Source: Sminthopsis crassicaudata
Lineage: Eukaryota
Assembly (NCBI RefSeq): GCF_048593235.1
Contig: NC_133622.1
Span: 27,032,001 to 27,096,000 of the forward strand
DNA length: 64,000 nt
Reading direction: 5' to 3'
Numbering within the stretch: position 1 is the stretch's first letter; every line of letters starts with the position of its first letter. This document shows, piece by piece, positions 12,386-24,229 of the stretch. The notes under the pieces are model-generated. The model searched no databases. It had not been told where the DNA came from and saw only the letters and a list, made by a program, of their open reading frames with translations. The translations under genes and the position numbers were made by a program.

Positions 12386-14280
12386 AGAGATTGACAATGT
12401 ATTTTATTTTAGCACTATTTTACGGACATGGAAACAGAAGCCACTAAAGTTTGTGATTTATCCACAATTATGTGACTAAAAACAATTCCATGTCATATAG
12501 TTCAATTTATACTGATTCTAATGTTTTCTCTACTATTCTATATGCTGATTCCCTTAATATCTTATTTTTACATAACATTTCACCATTAGAAAATGATTTA
12601 TAATTTTGTCTCATTCAGTGCTCATGACAATCCAGTAAATTATCTGTAGCAGCTTTCATCTTTATTCTACAAATGAGAAAACAGACTCCCGATTTGTGAC
12701 AGTCATGCAGCAAGTGCTGGAAAAAGGACTTCAACCACGAAGACCAATAAGTTCTGACTCCTAGTACCAGTTCTCTTCCCAAGATAGAACATCTATTTCA
12801 CTACAGAGTAGAAAATCAATAAATAAGTGTTAAACTGATCAGGCCTCTCCACAATACACATTTCTCTATGAAAATGCAGTGCAATGAATGTTTCTATCAT
12901 GTATTTAGGAGATATACTCTAATTTTACTAATGGAATTAAAATAAGTAAATGATCACCAGCAATTTTGCAGAGTATTTGGACAATTTAATCCAATGTTGC
13001 TAGAAAATTAATAGAAATACATGTTAAATGTTTTGTAACCAAAAAGCATTTTAGAAATGTAAGACATTATTAATATAAAATTAATACATATACACATATT
13101 ATATTAATATAATTAATTATGAGCTACTCCAACATGTGATAGAAAGCGCATGGCATGTGTTATGAGCACCAGATGTCCCAGTCCTATATTCCCCCCACTG
13201 ACTGTATTACTGACTAGAGCAGTCACTGTGTCACTTTCAATTTTCTTATTTAACAATTGGAAATAAAGATTTTTCACCACACTTACTGCTCTATAAAGTA
13301 AAATAATGAGTAAAAAGGCATAGAGCTCTTTAAGGTAAAAAGGATACATAAACCTAACATTATGTTAGGAATAGAGATTAAATTTGTGGTTTCACAGGTA
13401 GAGGGATCTCCCGGAAGAGGAAAATTCCTTTACCAATGCAGGTAGGTGCTTTCTCTGTAACTTAAGGCCATAATATCTTCCCTAGAGTTCAGAATATCAG
13501 AACCAAGAGCTCTGAGATACTAAATGAATTACCCAATGTCCCACAGGCAGAAGAGGGACTGTCCTGCTTTATGATTACATGGCATATATTCACACCAAGA
13601 ATGGCTATATTTAGAATTGTTTTTGCACCTCCATCAAGCTTTTTTCACAACTATCATTGAACACAGAGCTCTGCTGTATCAAGTTTCAGTGGAAAATCAA
13701 GCTCAATAATTCAAGACAAAAAATTAAAATCTAGATAAGCACGATAAACTGGCCAAATTCAGGGAGAACTGTAGCCCCAATTGGGGCTTTGTTGACTTTG
13801 GTAATCATAAAATCTCAGAGGCATCCAATCTAACCTCCTCAGAGGTATTGCATGTATTATTATCCCCATCTGACAGAGAGGAAATCTAGAGCCCAAAAGA
13901 GAAGCCACATAGTCATAATGGTAAAGCTGGGACTACAACCTCTCAAGTCCTGACCTGGCTCTCTTTCCACTACACCATGTATATACTGAAAATGAAGTTC
14001 CCAATTATAATGCGCCATCATTGTCACAAAAACTAGAGTTCACAAGACTTCCCTTTACAAGTACAGCAATACTCCAAAGTGGAAACTACAATAGGTCATC
14101 CCACAAAAATCCTTATGATATTTGGTGATTTTTAATAACTTGGATATTAAAAAGAAGACATCCAAAATTTTAGATGTGAAAGATACAACCCCAGGAATTC
14201 AAATCAGCAATCTAAATGAAACAATGAAGTTCAAAACATCCTATCAGAGTTATTTCACTTTTTTTAAAAAAATAAAGGAT

Positions 14281-14994
14281 ACCCTTTGATCCAGCAGTGT
14301 TGCTATTGGGTTTATATTCCAAAGAGATATTAAAGAAGGGAGAGGAACCCATATGCAAAAATGTTTGTGGCAGCCCATTTTGTAGTGGCCAGAAACTGGA
14401 AATTGAATAGATGCCCATCAATTGGAGAATGGTTGTATATAAATGTTATGGAATATTATTGTTCTGTAAGAAATGAGCAACAGGATGATTCTAGAAATGT
14501 TTGGAGAGACTTACATGAACTGATGCTAAGTGAAGTGAGCAGAACAAGAAGATCATTATACACATCAACAACAATACTACATGAGGATCAATTCTGATGG
14601 AATTAGTTCTCTTCAACAATGTGAGGATCCAAATCAGTTCCAATTGATCAGTGATGAATAGAACTGGCTACATCCAGCGAAAGAACACTGGGAAATTAGT
14701 GTGGACCACAGCATAGCATTTACACTCTTTCTGTTGTTGTTTGCTTGCATTTTTGTATTTCTTCTCAGGTTATTTTTACCTTCTTTCTAAATCCGATTTC
14801 TCTTGTGCAACAAGAGAACTATATAAATATGTATACATATATGATATTTAACTGTATGGGATTACCTGCCATCTAGGTGAGGAGTTGGAGGGAAGGAGAA
14901 GAAAAGTTGGAACAGAAGTTTTTGCAAGGGTCAATGTTGAAAAATTACCCATGCATATGTTTTGTCAATAAAAAGCTATAATAAAAAAATAAAT
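14281..14994 (+). mobile_element. 5'-truncated L1 (ORF2 C-terminus + 3'UTR + tail)
   Basis: ORF-track peptide MFVAAHFVVARNWKLNRCPSIGEWL is L1 ORF2-like. AATAAA and A-rich tail present. Exact 12-bp TSD AAAATAAAGGAT (14269-14280 / 14995-15006). Confidence 0.92.
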
Positions 14995-15029
14995 AAAATA
15001 AAGGATTCTGTCCAGTGCTGATTGAGTAC

Positions 15030-15121
15030 CTTGATTGTCCAAAAAATGAAATCCTTTCAGGACCGGCTTCCTTTTTAAGTTTTTCTTCAACATTCCAAAA
15101 TTCATTCTTCAAGGATTTCTT
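15030..15121 (-). CDS. ARAP2: ARAP2 coding exon 5 (92 nt), KKSLKNEFWNVEEKLKKEAGPERISFFGQS(S)
   Basis: Acceptor TGTGTCTCTTACAG| and donor AAG|GTACTC. Phase 0 in, phase 2 out. Resembles human KRSIKNEF...KSS. Confidence 0.9.
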
Positions 15122-15863
15122 CTGTAAGAGACACACACAGACAAAAGTAAAAGGTTTTTTTTGTTGCTATTGTTGAATATTAAATAGGGGTATAGTTACA
15201 CTATCATACACGATTTTCAAGTCTTACTTATACTTGACTATTGACTTTTACATCAAATTACTTATCATACTATCAATCAATCAAGCATTTATGAAGTGCC
15301 AATTATGAGTCAGAAATTGTGCCAGGGTAATATGGAAATATGTTTTGCGTGACCTCATATGTATAATCTATATCAAAATGCTTGTTTTCTCAAGAAGGGG
15401 AGAAGGAAAAGAGGAAATTTAGAACTCAAAAATTATAGAAAACAACTTTGAAAAATTGTTTTTGCAAGTAATTGAGAAAAAATATAAATAAAAAAGGAAG
15501 GGAAGGAGGAAGAGAGAAAGAAAAATAAATTGTGCCAGAAGCTAGAAATGCAAAGACCACAGTATCATTCCTGTTCTCAACTTATTTTTGAGTGCAGGTG
15601 GGAGAGACATATGGACCACGAAAATGGTGGAGCCCTTGGCAGAAGCCCAGGGGTGGAAGAGGCGTGGCCCAGAGAGAAGGATGCTGAGCTCGTTTTGGAC
15701 AGGCCTGAACTGAGATGCTCCCGGGCGATCCGGCCTAACGTGTTCCGTAGGCTTCGGATGAGTCAGGATAGGCTCATAGGAGAGAGACTGGAGATGGGTA
15801 TACAGATCTCAGAGCCACTAGCAGACAAAGGTGAGCTTAGATGATCACAAAGAGACTATCTGT

Positions 15864-16015
15864 GGGGCAGCTAGGTGGTGCAATGAATAGAGTACCAGCC
15901 CTGACGTCAGGAGAACCTGAGTTCAAATCTGGTCTCAGACCCTTAACATTCCTAGCTGTGTGACCCTGGGCACTTCACTTAACCCCAATTGCCTCAGCCA
16001 AAAAAAAAAAAAAAA
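15864..16015 (+). mobile_element. WSINE1-like SINE inserted in L2-like remnants
   Basis: GGGGCAGCTAGGTGGTGCAATG head, B-box GAGTTCAAATC, poly(A) tail. Confidence 0.92.
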
Positions 16016-16530
16016 GTATCTGCAAAGAAGCAGTCTCAGGACCCAGCCCTGGCACACACACTGATGAATGTGATATGAGTCCAGCAAATGAAACTGAGAG
16101 AGAGAAATGATAAAGGTGGGAAGAGAAAAAAAATCCAAGGAGGGATGGATGGTCCGCCATGCCGAATGCTAGAGTTCCACAGTGAGAAGGTTTGAGAAAA
16201 AGGCATTCCAGTTGATGACTAGGGTATGACCTGTGACGTTGGTGGGCCTCTTTCAAGGAAGTGATGAATCTGCCAATAACAAATGGTTGGGAAATAAAAG
16301 GAAAGAAAATAGAGACAATCTTTATTTTTTAGGAGTATGGCTGGCAAAGGGCAGAATAACAGAATATTACTTATGGATGATGTTTTTTCTGGCAGGGAGA
16401 CATCTGCAGGAATGTAGGAGAAAAGAAACGGGATGATTATGGGGACAATACGCAGGAGAACATGGGAGGGGGTGGGGATCAAGGTTACACGTAGAGGGGA
16501 CTGGCCTTGGCTTGGAAAGGAGAAGGCTAT

Positions 16531-17682
16531 GACTTATCAGCAATGATGGGAAATAACTTGATGGGGTTGTGTGAACAGGAGAAGAATTACATAAAGTTCC
16601 AGCATATCCAGGTGGATACTGAAAATAATGCAGGGCTAAAGTTAGGCAAAGAAAGCAAGAGGGTTGAAAGTATTACATGGAGTTGATCTAGTTTATTAAA
16701 GGTCAGAGATTAGGAAGGAAAAAGTCTAAAGACAGAAAGTGTGACAGCCTGGAAAATATTTCAGCATGGAAGGACCAGAGGTTACTGAATTGAGGGAGGA
16801 TATTTAAAGGTTATAACCAGAAAGAAGTGTTTTCAGCTTTCTAAATTGCAGAAGCAGAACAACTTCTGCAGACCGAGAGGTCATGTCTGTGATTAGCCCT
16901 GAGTGTGTGGTTGAGATGAAGAGAAAGAATATATCGTGGAAGATGAGAAACTGGAAAGTTAGTGTGCTTAAGTAGACATTTATGTAAACAAGTACTACAA
17001 AGGCCTTTTAATATATTTCCCAAAAGGTTGTACTTTCTAATAAAATTCCCCTAACTTTCATAAAAATTTCATGCTGTGAAAAATCTGAAGGCAATTAATT
17101 TTTATCAGATTTCATCCCTGATTTTATCTTCTCACTTGTTTAAATTAGCCTATCACTTTAAAAAGAAAAAAAAAAAAAGTCTGTGTTAAAAATGAGCAGC
17201 AATCATCAAATGCTAAATAAAATATGAGAAATAGTTTTAAGGATCCTCAGATCTATTTAACCAAATGCACACATAAATAATAATCCCCATTCTACCTGAG
17301 ATGTGGTCATCTAACCAGGAGAATTCTCTCAAAGCACTTATGGTAGGAGCATCCTAACCGCTGTATCTACTAAAGTTAGATTAATTTTACCTTAAAAGGT
17401 ACCAAGACTATCCTTAAGTCTTGGTTGGCTCAGAGACGTAAAGATTTAGACATACAGACAATACTTCCTGATGTACCCAAGTATAAAGCAGCCATCGAGG
17501 AAGTCATTCTGGTCTGCATGACTCTGGAAAAGGTGGTCAACCCCCTTGCTTTCTTTGCCTAACTTTAGCCCTGGATTATTTTCAGTATCCACCTGGATAT
17601 GCTGGATGTGCTGGAACTTTATGTAATTCTTCTCCTGATCATACAACCCCATCATTTTATTTCCCATCATTGCTGGTAACTC
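16531..17682. repeat. Inverted repeat: arms 16531-16667 and 17537-17682, spacer 869 bp
   Basis: Manual alignment of the left arm to the reverse complement of the right arm gave ~8 substitutions over 137 nt plus one 9-nt indel. Confidence 0.9.
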
Positions 17683-19804
17683 CACTCAGCAGAATCACAT
17701 CAGGCGTGGCCAATTCCATCCTTCTCTTGTTATGACTGAGGGCATGGCCTGCCTTTTGTTAGCTGTTGAATGATCTATGGGTGTCTCACCTTGTTCCAAT
17801 AAGAAACCAGCATCCCATTCTATTCCTGATAAGTTCTTTTAGAACTAAGTAGTCTTCTTTACAAGTAGTTTGTTGATATATTGGACTTCATTCTTCTATC
17901 TCAATAAATATCACTCTTTCTAAAAGTGCTTTTTTATTTTACTAGCTTATGGTGATGAGAAAAAGAATCTTCCTTAATTAAAAATACTTTACATTTTGTA
18001 AGCCATTTTTCTTCCCTCTTTCTCTGACAAAGAATATTATATATTTTTGAGAATTAAACAAGGATCATTTAGAAGAAGGCGATAGTATTTTGCTATCTAA
18101 AGGAAATCAAATGGCAGGTATTTTTTGCGACAGCACTCCATCTACCATACTGTTCTAGAATGTTTTGTTGAAAACAGCTGCTTTAGGTGGAATACAGTGG
18201 GTAGCCATTTCCAATTTCAAGATCTAGAAAAAGATTTTTGTTAACAGTTTAGCAAAATCATGACCACCTTCAGGTTAAACCCAAACTTGAAGCCTTGCTG
18301 ACATTAATTCAAAACACTAAGGAATCCCAAAGCACTTAGCACATCTGGCACATAGCACTCTCCTGTCAAGCTTACCCATAAGATCATAAGGCTCTCAAAG
18401 GCAGGATTTTCTCACTTTTGTATATGTATTTCCAGAGGCTAGCAAATTCTTTGCAAATAGTAGTCATGTAATAAACATGTTTTAATTCATTTATTCAATA
18501 CCAGAAATTAGCTTGAATTACTTATGTCATAGAAATGTAATTGTCCAGACTGGCCAAACTACTGCCACCAAAAAGCCAACAATTTTTCCTTAAAACTTTA
18601 ATACCTTACTAACAGATCACCTTAAATGTGACATTATTAATATTTTTCTCCATATTGTAGAACTACATATTTCACTGTATGCTGTTCTCAAACATAGTCA
18701 ATGCCTTTGGAGATCGGCATATGTATGTTCATTATTTCCAGTTACTTGATGTAAATAGTTAAAAATGGTTGCCTTTTATTTTCTCAAGGCCCTACAAAAC
18801 TTAAATACAACCCTAAAGCTATTATTATCTAACTTATTTGGAATTATTTGTAAATTATTTGTGAAAGATCTACAATATTCACTAATAATGAGTTCCAAAG
18901 GTGAAGAGCCCCAAGGACTATTTATATACATGGAAAAATATTGCAAGTCCCTAGTCAAAGAGACTTAGAAATGAAATAAAAATCTTAGTGATGACTCCAA
19001 AAAATCCTAAATAAAATCATCAAGCACCAGTAGTGCTTAGTATTTGGAAATGTTTTATTTAATATTTATCTACCCTAGTAGATAGGTTATATTGCTTTAG
19101 GATATCAGAAGATATTTGCATAGTGACTCAACCTTAAAAATAAGGAAATTTATCTTTTCATTTTATCTAACATATCTGACAAGATAGAAGTCTTGGTAAT
19201 TAAAACTATTCTTAGATTTTGCCTTTAAGTTTGGAGAAAAAAAAATTATTTTTAATGACAATCACTTGACCAATCCTCAAAAACTATCTAAGAGGAATTA
19301 AAATATTAGGTGAATTTTCAAAGTATTTTATATCACTTAATGTTTTCATGAAAACCACAAATTAGCTTTTATTCTAAATTCATATAAATACATGGAAATG
19401 AATTCCATCTTAGATACTAAGATTTCAATTCTCAATGAGCCAATCAACTCATTTTAATAAATATCTGCTATATTCATGGCACTCTGTTACTACAGAATTG
19501 AGTCAGGGCCCAGACCTGTGATTTCACTGGTATGGAAAATTCCTGTGTAAGAAAATTCTCTCTACCAACTCAGAATGAAGCTTTCTCTAGGACTAATAAT
19601 CTTAACACTACATGGTTAAGGGGCTTGCCCCGGGTCATTTAGCCACTATGTATAAACTATACTAGCAATAATATAGATCTCTGAGGTCTTCCAAATTCTG
19701 GGATCAATACCATGCTTCTTCTTTAGAAGAGGAAGACAAGGGTAAAAAAATACATAGAACTATTGTTCACCTAATACACTCAGGCATATCTTGGTGATAT
19801 ATAG

Positions 19805-20170
19805 TGTTCTCATTTGCTTTTCAGGAGGTCTTGGAGCAGCCTTCGTTTCAGCAGATTAATCACCACAAGAATAACCAGATGTTAAAGTCCAAATCCTTTA
19901 CTGTCTCCTTCACAGTCTAGTTTCCTTGCCTAGGGCTGGGCAGCTTTCTTGGAGCCTTTCCGATGGGCCTTGGTCTCAGTGGGGGGAGCAGAAGGACAGG
20001 CCAGCCAGGAGGCTGATGAAGATGGAATGTCTCTGGCTCAATTTGTCCCAGCTTATATGCTCTATTCTAATTACATGATCATAGGTGTGAATCAGTGGAA
20101 CTATATGAAGTACTAAGTACATGTACTGAACTAGAGAACTATTAAGCACCATGCTAACCTAGATAACTAT
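19805..20170. mobile_element. Probable marsupial LTR fragment
   Basis: Starts TGTTCTC and carries recalled LTR-like motifs (GATGAAGATGGAATGTCTCT, TCTAATTACATGAT). Boundaries approximate; no TSD seen. Confidence 0.4.
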
Positions 20171-20968
20171 TATCTTATCAATTCCACTGACAACACTTTG
20201 TAATAATCCTTGTTTCAAGTACAAGAGTTCTGGCCCATAACAGTGATAGAGACTACAATGACTAGCATAAATAAAACCCATAATTAATCTGCAAATATCA
20301 TTTAAACAATTCTTGCTACATGTCCCTAATATCTTAGAAAAGATGTATATAACATATTCAATTTATTAAAAAAAAAAAAACTTATCTTCCACAGGTATTA
20401 AAGAACAAGTGTGCTACAAAAGACATAACAAAAACTTAAAATTAACATTTATATAGCATTAGGCATCAAGCACTGTGTATAATACTTCTCTCACTTGATC
20501 TCATTTCAACAGTCAAAGCAAAAGACCTCAATACAAGAAAATCTGAATAATTTAGAGCTTAAAATAGTTACAAATAGATTATGTAATCATTAATTTGAAA
20601 TTAAATAACAATTCATAAGTGAGTACTATACAGAAAAGCTTGCAATGCATTGACATACTTTCTGAAATACTAAAATAATAGTGATGCATGAATAATGAAT
20701 AATAGAAAAAGTGAAATGAAAGGCCTTTCATGATAGACTCTTTAACTGTCATCTGAGGAAGGTAAAATGTTCCTTGCTTCAAGAAGTCACTGAAAATAAA
20801 TATTAAAATGCTTGTTTTAATAAATAATATTAATATTTAATATGAATGAATATTTTTAAATGTCTTCTTTTTTTACTTTGTGAACATATATTTCTGGCGG
20901 CACAGACATATAGAAAAGGAGGTGGAAATACATACAGAAAAAAAGATATTTACATTAAACCAACTCAC

Positions 20969-21045
20969 CTTGGAGTTTTCTGTACTCTTAAAAAAAAAAG
21001 TATCCCCATGTGGAAAGATCAAAGATGATTGTTCTTCAAGTGACT
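20969..21045 (-). CDS. ARAP2: ARAP2 coding exon 4 (77 nt), (K)SLEEQSSLIFPHGDTFFFKSTENSK
   Basis: Acceptor TTTTCTCTCCTCAAG| and donor AAG|GTGAGT. Phase 1 in, phase 0 out. Resembles human SNEENSSSIFPYGETFLFQRLENSK. Confidence 0.93.
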
Positions 21046-22456
21046 CTTGAGGAGAGAAAAAAAGAATACAGAGATTATTTTTTTTAATTAAAGCACTTTC
21101 ACAATACTACCAGGGCTGATTTATTTTCATGTTAAAAATTATTTTACTCCACCCCCCCAAAAATAAAAATGACTTTTACCAATGACCTTCTCCAATTCTT
21201 TATCATAGTATGAAAGTGGCCCTCGGTTCTCAAAGGCTTGCCAATGTAAGGTAAGAATTGGAACTGGAAACTAAGTACATGTGTACCTTTCAAAGCCCAC
21301 CCAGGTTCTCAAGGTGGGAGATGCCCACAGGATGGGGAGCTTTTGTCACCATTGCTCAATGACCATAACTGCTTAATGAGATCTTCACTCATGCTGAAGG
21401 CAATTATACCAATAAAATTACAGACCTGCTAAGCAGTGAATCATCATTAAAGGCTGTTGGGTACATCTTGCTTTCCCAAATCGTTCTCTGCTCGTTCCAC
21501 CCAAACATCCCTTCCTCACTTTCTGCACGTTTGTTCCCATCACTCTTGCCATAAAATACCATTTGCCTCAGTTTCCTTATTTTGTAGATTGTGAACAGTA
21601 ATATCATATCTCATAGGGTTATTGTGGTCAAATGAGATAATCTCAATGCACTTAGCACAAATACCTGACACACAGAAAATTAGCTATTTACAATTATATT
21701 ACACTATATGTGAATAAAGACTGCCTTAGCCTCCTCTCATAGAAGTTGGCATCATGCCCTGAAAATAGTAAGAACTAGATTCCAACAGAGAATGAGACAT
21801 ATGGGAATTTGTTTGCTTTACTATATATATTTATTTTTTTTAAAAAAACTTTTTCCTCAATGGTGAGAGTGGAGTAGAAAAGAAAAAAACAAACAAACTG
21901 ATTTTTGTTCATTAGAAAATACAATTTAACTTAAAAAATAAGAAAATGGTAGTAATTCAGTAAATATTTAATGTATGCTCTTTTCTGCTGTAATAAGTGC
22001 CCCAATTCTGCCCAGAGGGCAACTTTATTTTTTTCTCAAGTAAGCTAATATTTCAAAGATTTCAGGCCAACCTTTGGGAAGCAGAAGAAAACTGTAGTTT
22101 CTTCAAAGCTTTAGGATTAAAAAAAGTTAGAACCATGAGAAAGCAGGTATTTTCATAATCAAACTTCAAATTTTAAAACAGTTGGGCCAAGATTATATTC
22201 ATGGTCATTTATCCTAATAATTTTGTTTGATATAATGAACAAACTTCTAGAAAAACTATTGTTTCAAATACTATCTCCACTTGGTACTTCTTCCATATTA
22301 ACTAAGTTTTTGATTAACCAAAATCATCTTGTCCCATTTACTTTGGGTGGCTTGGGTTCATATGTGGGTGACCCCTTTAAAATTATGTTTAAGTTAGCAA
22401 GGGAAGTTTCTGCAACCTTCGGCTGAATAAATTCTCCCTTCCTAACTTCCTCTTTC

Positions 22457-23006
22457 TATAAAAGTAAGCCCTACCATCAATATCTATCAGGAGATTTGCT
22501 TGCAAGGAAATAAAATTAAAACTTATATGTATAGAATCTGAATGACTAGAAATGGGTAAATAATTGTTATTGTCTTCCCAAAACTATATACACCAATAAC
22601 TTAGACTCATAATGACAATTCTGAGTCATCCCTTTGAAAATTAACCTCATTCTCTAGTAATTTGGGGTTTTACTATAACCATATTCAACCCCAAGAATAA
22701 TAAATCAATGAGGAATGTTTCTCTGATTTGCTGTAAAAGTAAGCCCTACCATCAATATCTATCAGGAGATTTGCCTGCAAGGAAATAAAATTAAAACTTA
22801 CATGTATAGAATCTAAATGACTAGAAATGGGTAAATAATTGTTATTTTCTTCCCAAAACTATAAACACCAATAACTTAGACTCATAATGACAATTCTGAG
22901 TCATCCCTTTGAAAATTAACCTCATTCTCTAGTAATCTGGGGTTTTACTATAAACATATTCAACCCCACAAATAATAAATCAATGTGGAATGTTTCTTTG
23001 ATTTGC
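22457..23006. repeat. Head-to-tail tandem duplication, 275-bp period, two copies
   Basis: AAAGTAAGCCCTACC at 22461 and 22736. About 12 substitutions and no indels (~96% identity). Confidence 0.95.
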
Positions 23007-24173
23007 CTATATTGGGTATTTTGACTTCTAATCAGATTAATGGCATCAACAGAGACCTAAGCTTTTTTGTTTTGTTTTTTTTAACAAAAATCACTGCTCA
23101 ACTAGGTCAGGAATTTAGAGATGCCTCATATCAAGATTCAAGGGTTCTGTGCTCATTGCTCCTAACCCTAGTCCTATGCCACTTTAATTAGGTTCCCTAT
23201 TTTTTCTGCCTTTTATCCAACCTCCTGGCCATTCCCTTTATCCAACTTCCTGGCCATTCCTACATACATAAAGCCCTGCATAACAGAAACAGAGAAGATC
23301 CCAGAAAAGCTGACTTTGTGACCATCATTCTGCTGATGAGCCCCTAACAATCCAGTGGGCCCTAAGATGACAGCCGCTCCATCGGGTTCTCTTCTCAAAG
23401 CCCTTCCTTCCATCTGGTAACAATCTGCCAGCATTTGTGCTCCATTACAAGGAGGGCCGACCCTCCCATGATAAGGCACTGGAGTAAAACTTCAGTGGAA
23501 AGCTCTGCCGATGCAGAAACGTGAAATGTTCCCCTACAAAACTGACCATTACACATCTGATTATTCAGACCCCCAATAACTTCTAGACCTGATCTTCCTA
23601 TACATAAAATATTCAACTTTCCCAGAGAAAGGCTGTTAGAAAAAAGCTACAGCCCGCATCTTTTTAGTTTTCTGACATGGGCGATTTTGTCCCTCCTTCC
23701 CCCTTCCTTCCACTCCCCAAAGTGCTATTTGATCTTAAGGTATTGCCATCTTTTATGAAGGAAAAAAAGCATCTGAACTTTCAGCATGAAGGAAGAAAGG
23801 TTGTTGGTCAAAGAACAATTTGCTGGGACATCCCTCTCAAGTATTTCCTGTTTACCATGCACAGGCAAACTGCCAGCAGCAGCCCTAATCCAACAAAATG
23901 CTTTCATTTGTGGCTGGAGAAGGACCCAAGTTTTCTCTATAAACATGTATTCACTGTTCAAGGTTTCCAAGCAGGCTTTGCTGTATTTTATTCCCTCGCT
24001 TTAAAAGTCCCCGAGCATGGAGTATAAACAGACAATTAGTTATGTCATTTCCTTTTCCGCTGGCTCATGAAACAGGTGGCTTGAACATTCGGATTCCACT
24101 CACATTTGAAACAATCAGTGAAAAAACATTGGGGGAAAAAAATCAGTGACTTGATTTAAAAGAATCCACTCAC

Positions 24174-24229
24174 TTTGCATGGTGAATGTCTTTCCATTGG
24201 AGATCCCAATTCTCCTCTCTCGGGCATAG
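24174..24229 (-). CDS. ARAP2: ARAP2 coding exon 3 (56 nt), (S)YARERRIGISNGKTFTMQ(K)
   Basis: Acceptor CTCTCTCCTTTGTTTGAAG|C and donor AAA|GTGAGT. Phase 2 in, phase 1 out, joining in frame on both sides. Resembles human SYFRERRN...WQ. Confidence 0.88.

Noticed and set aside
15864-15940. tRNA-like A and B boxes in SINE heads
   Set aside because: They continue into CORE sequence and poly(A), some with TSDs, so these are SINEs, not tRNA genes.
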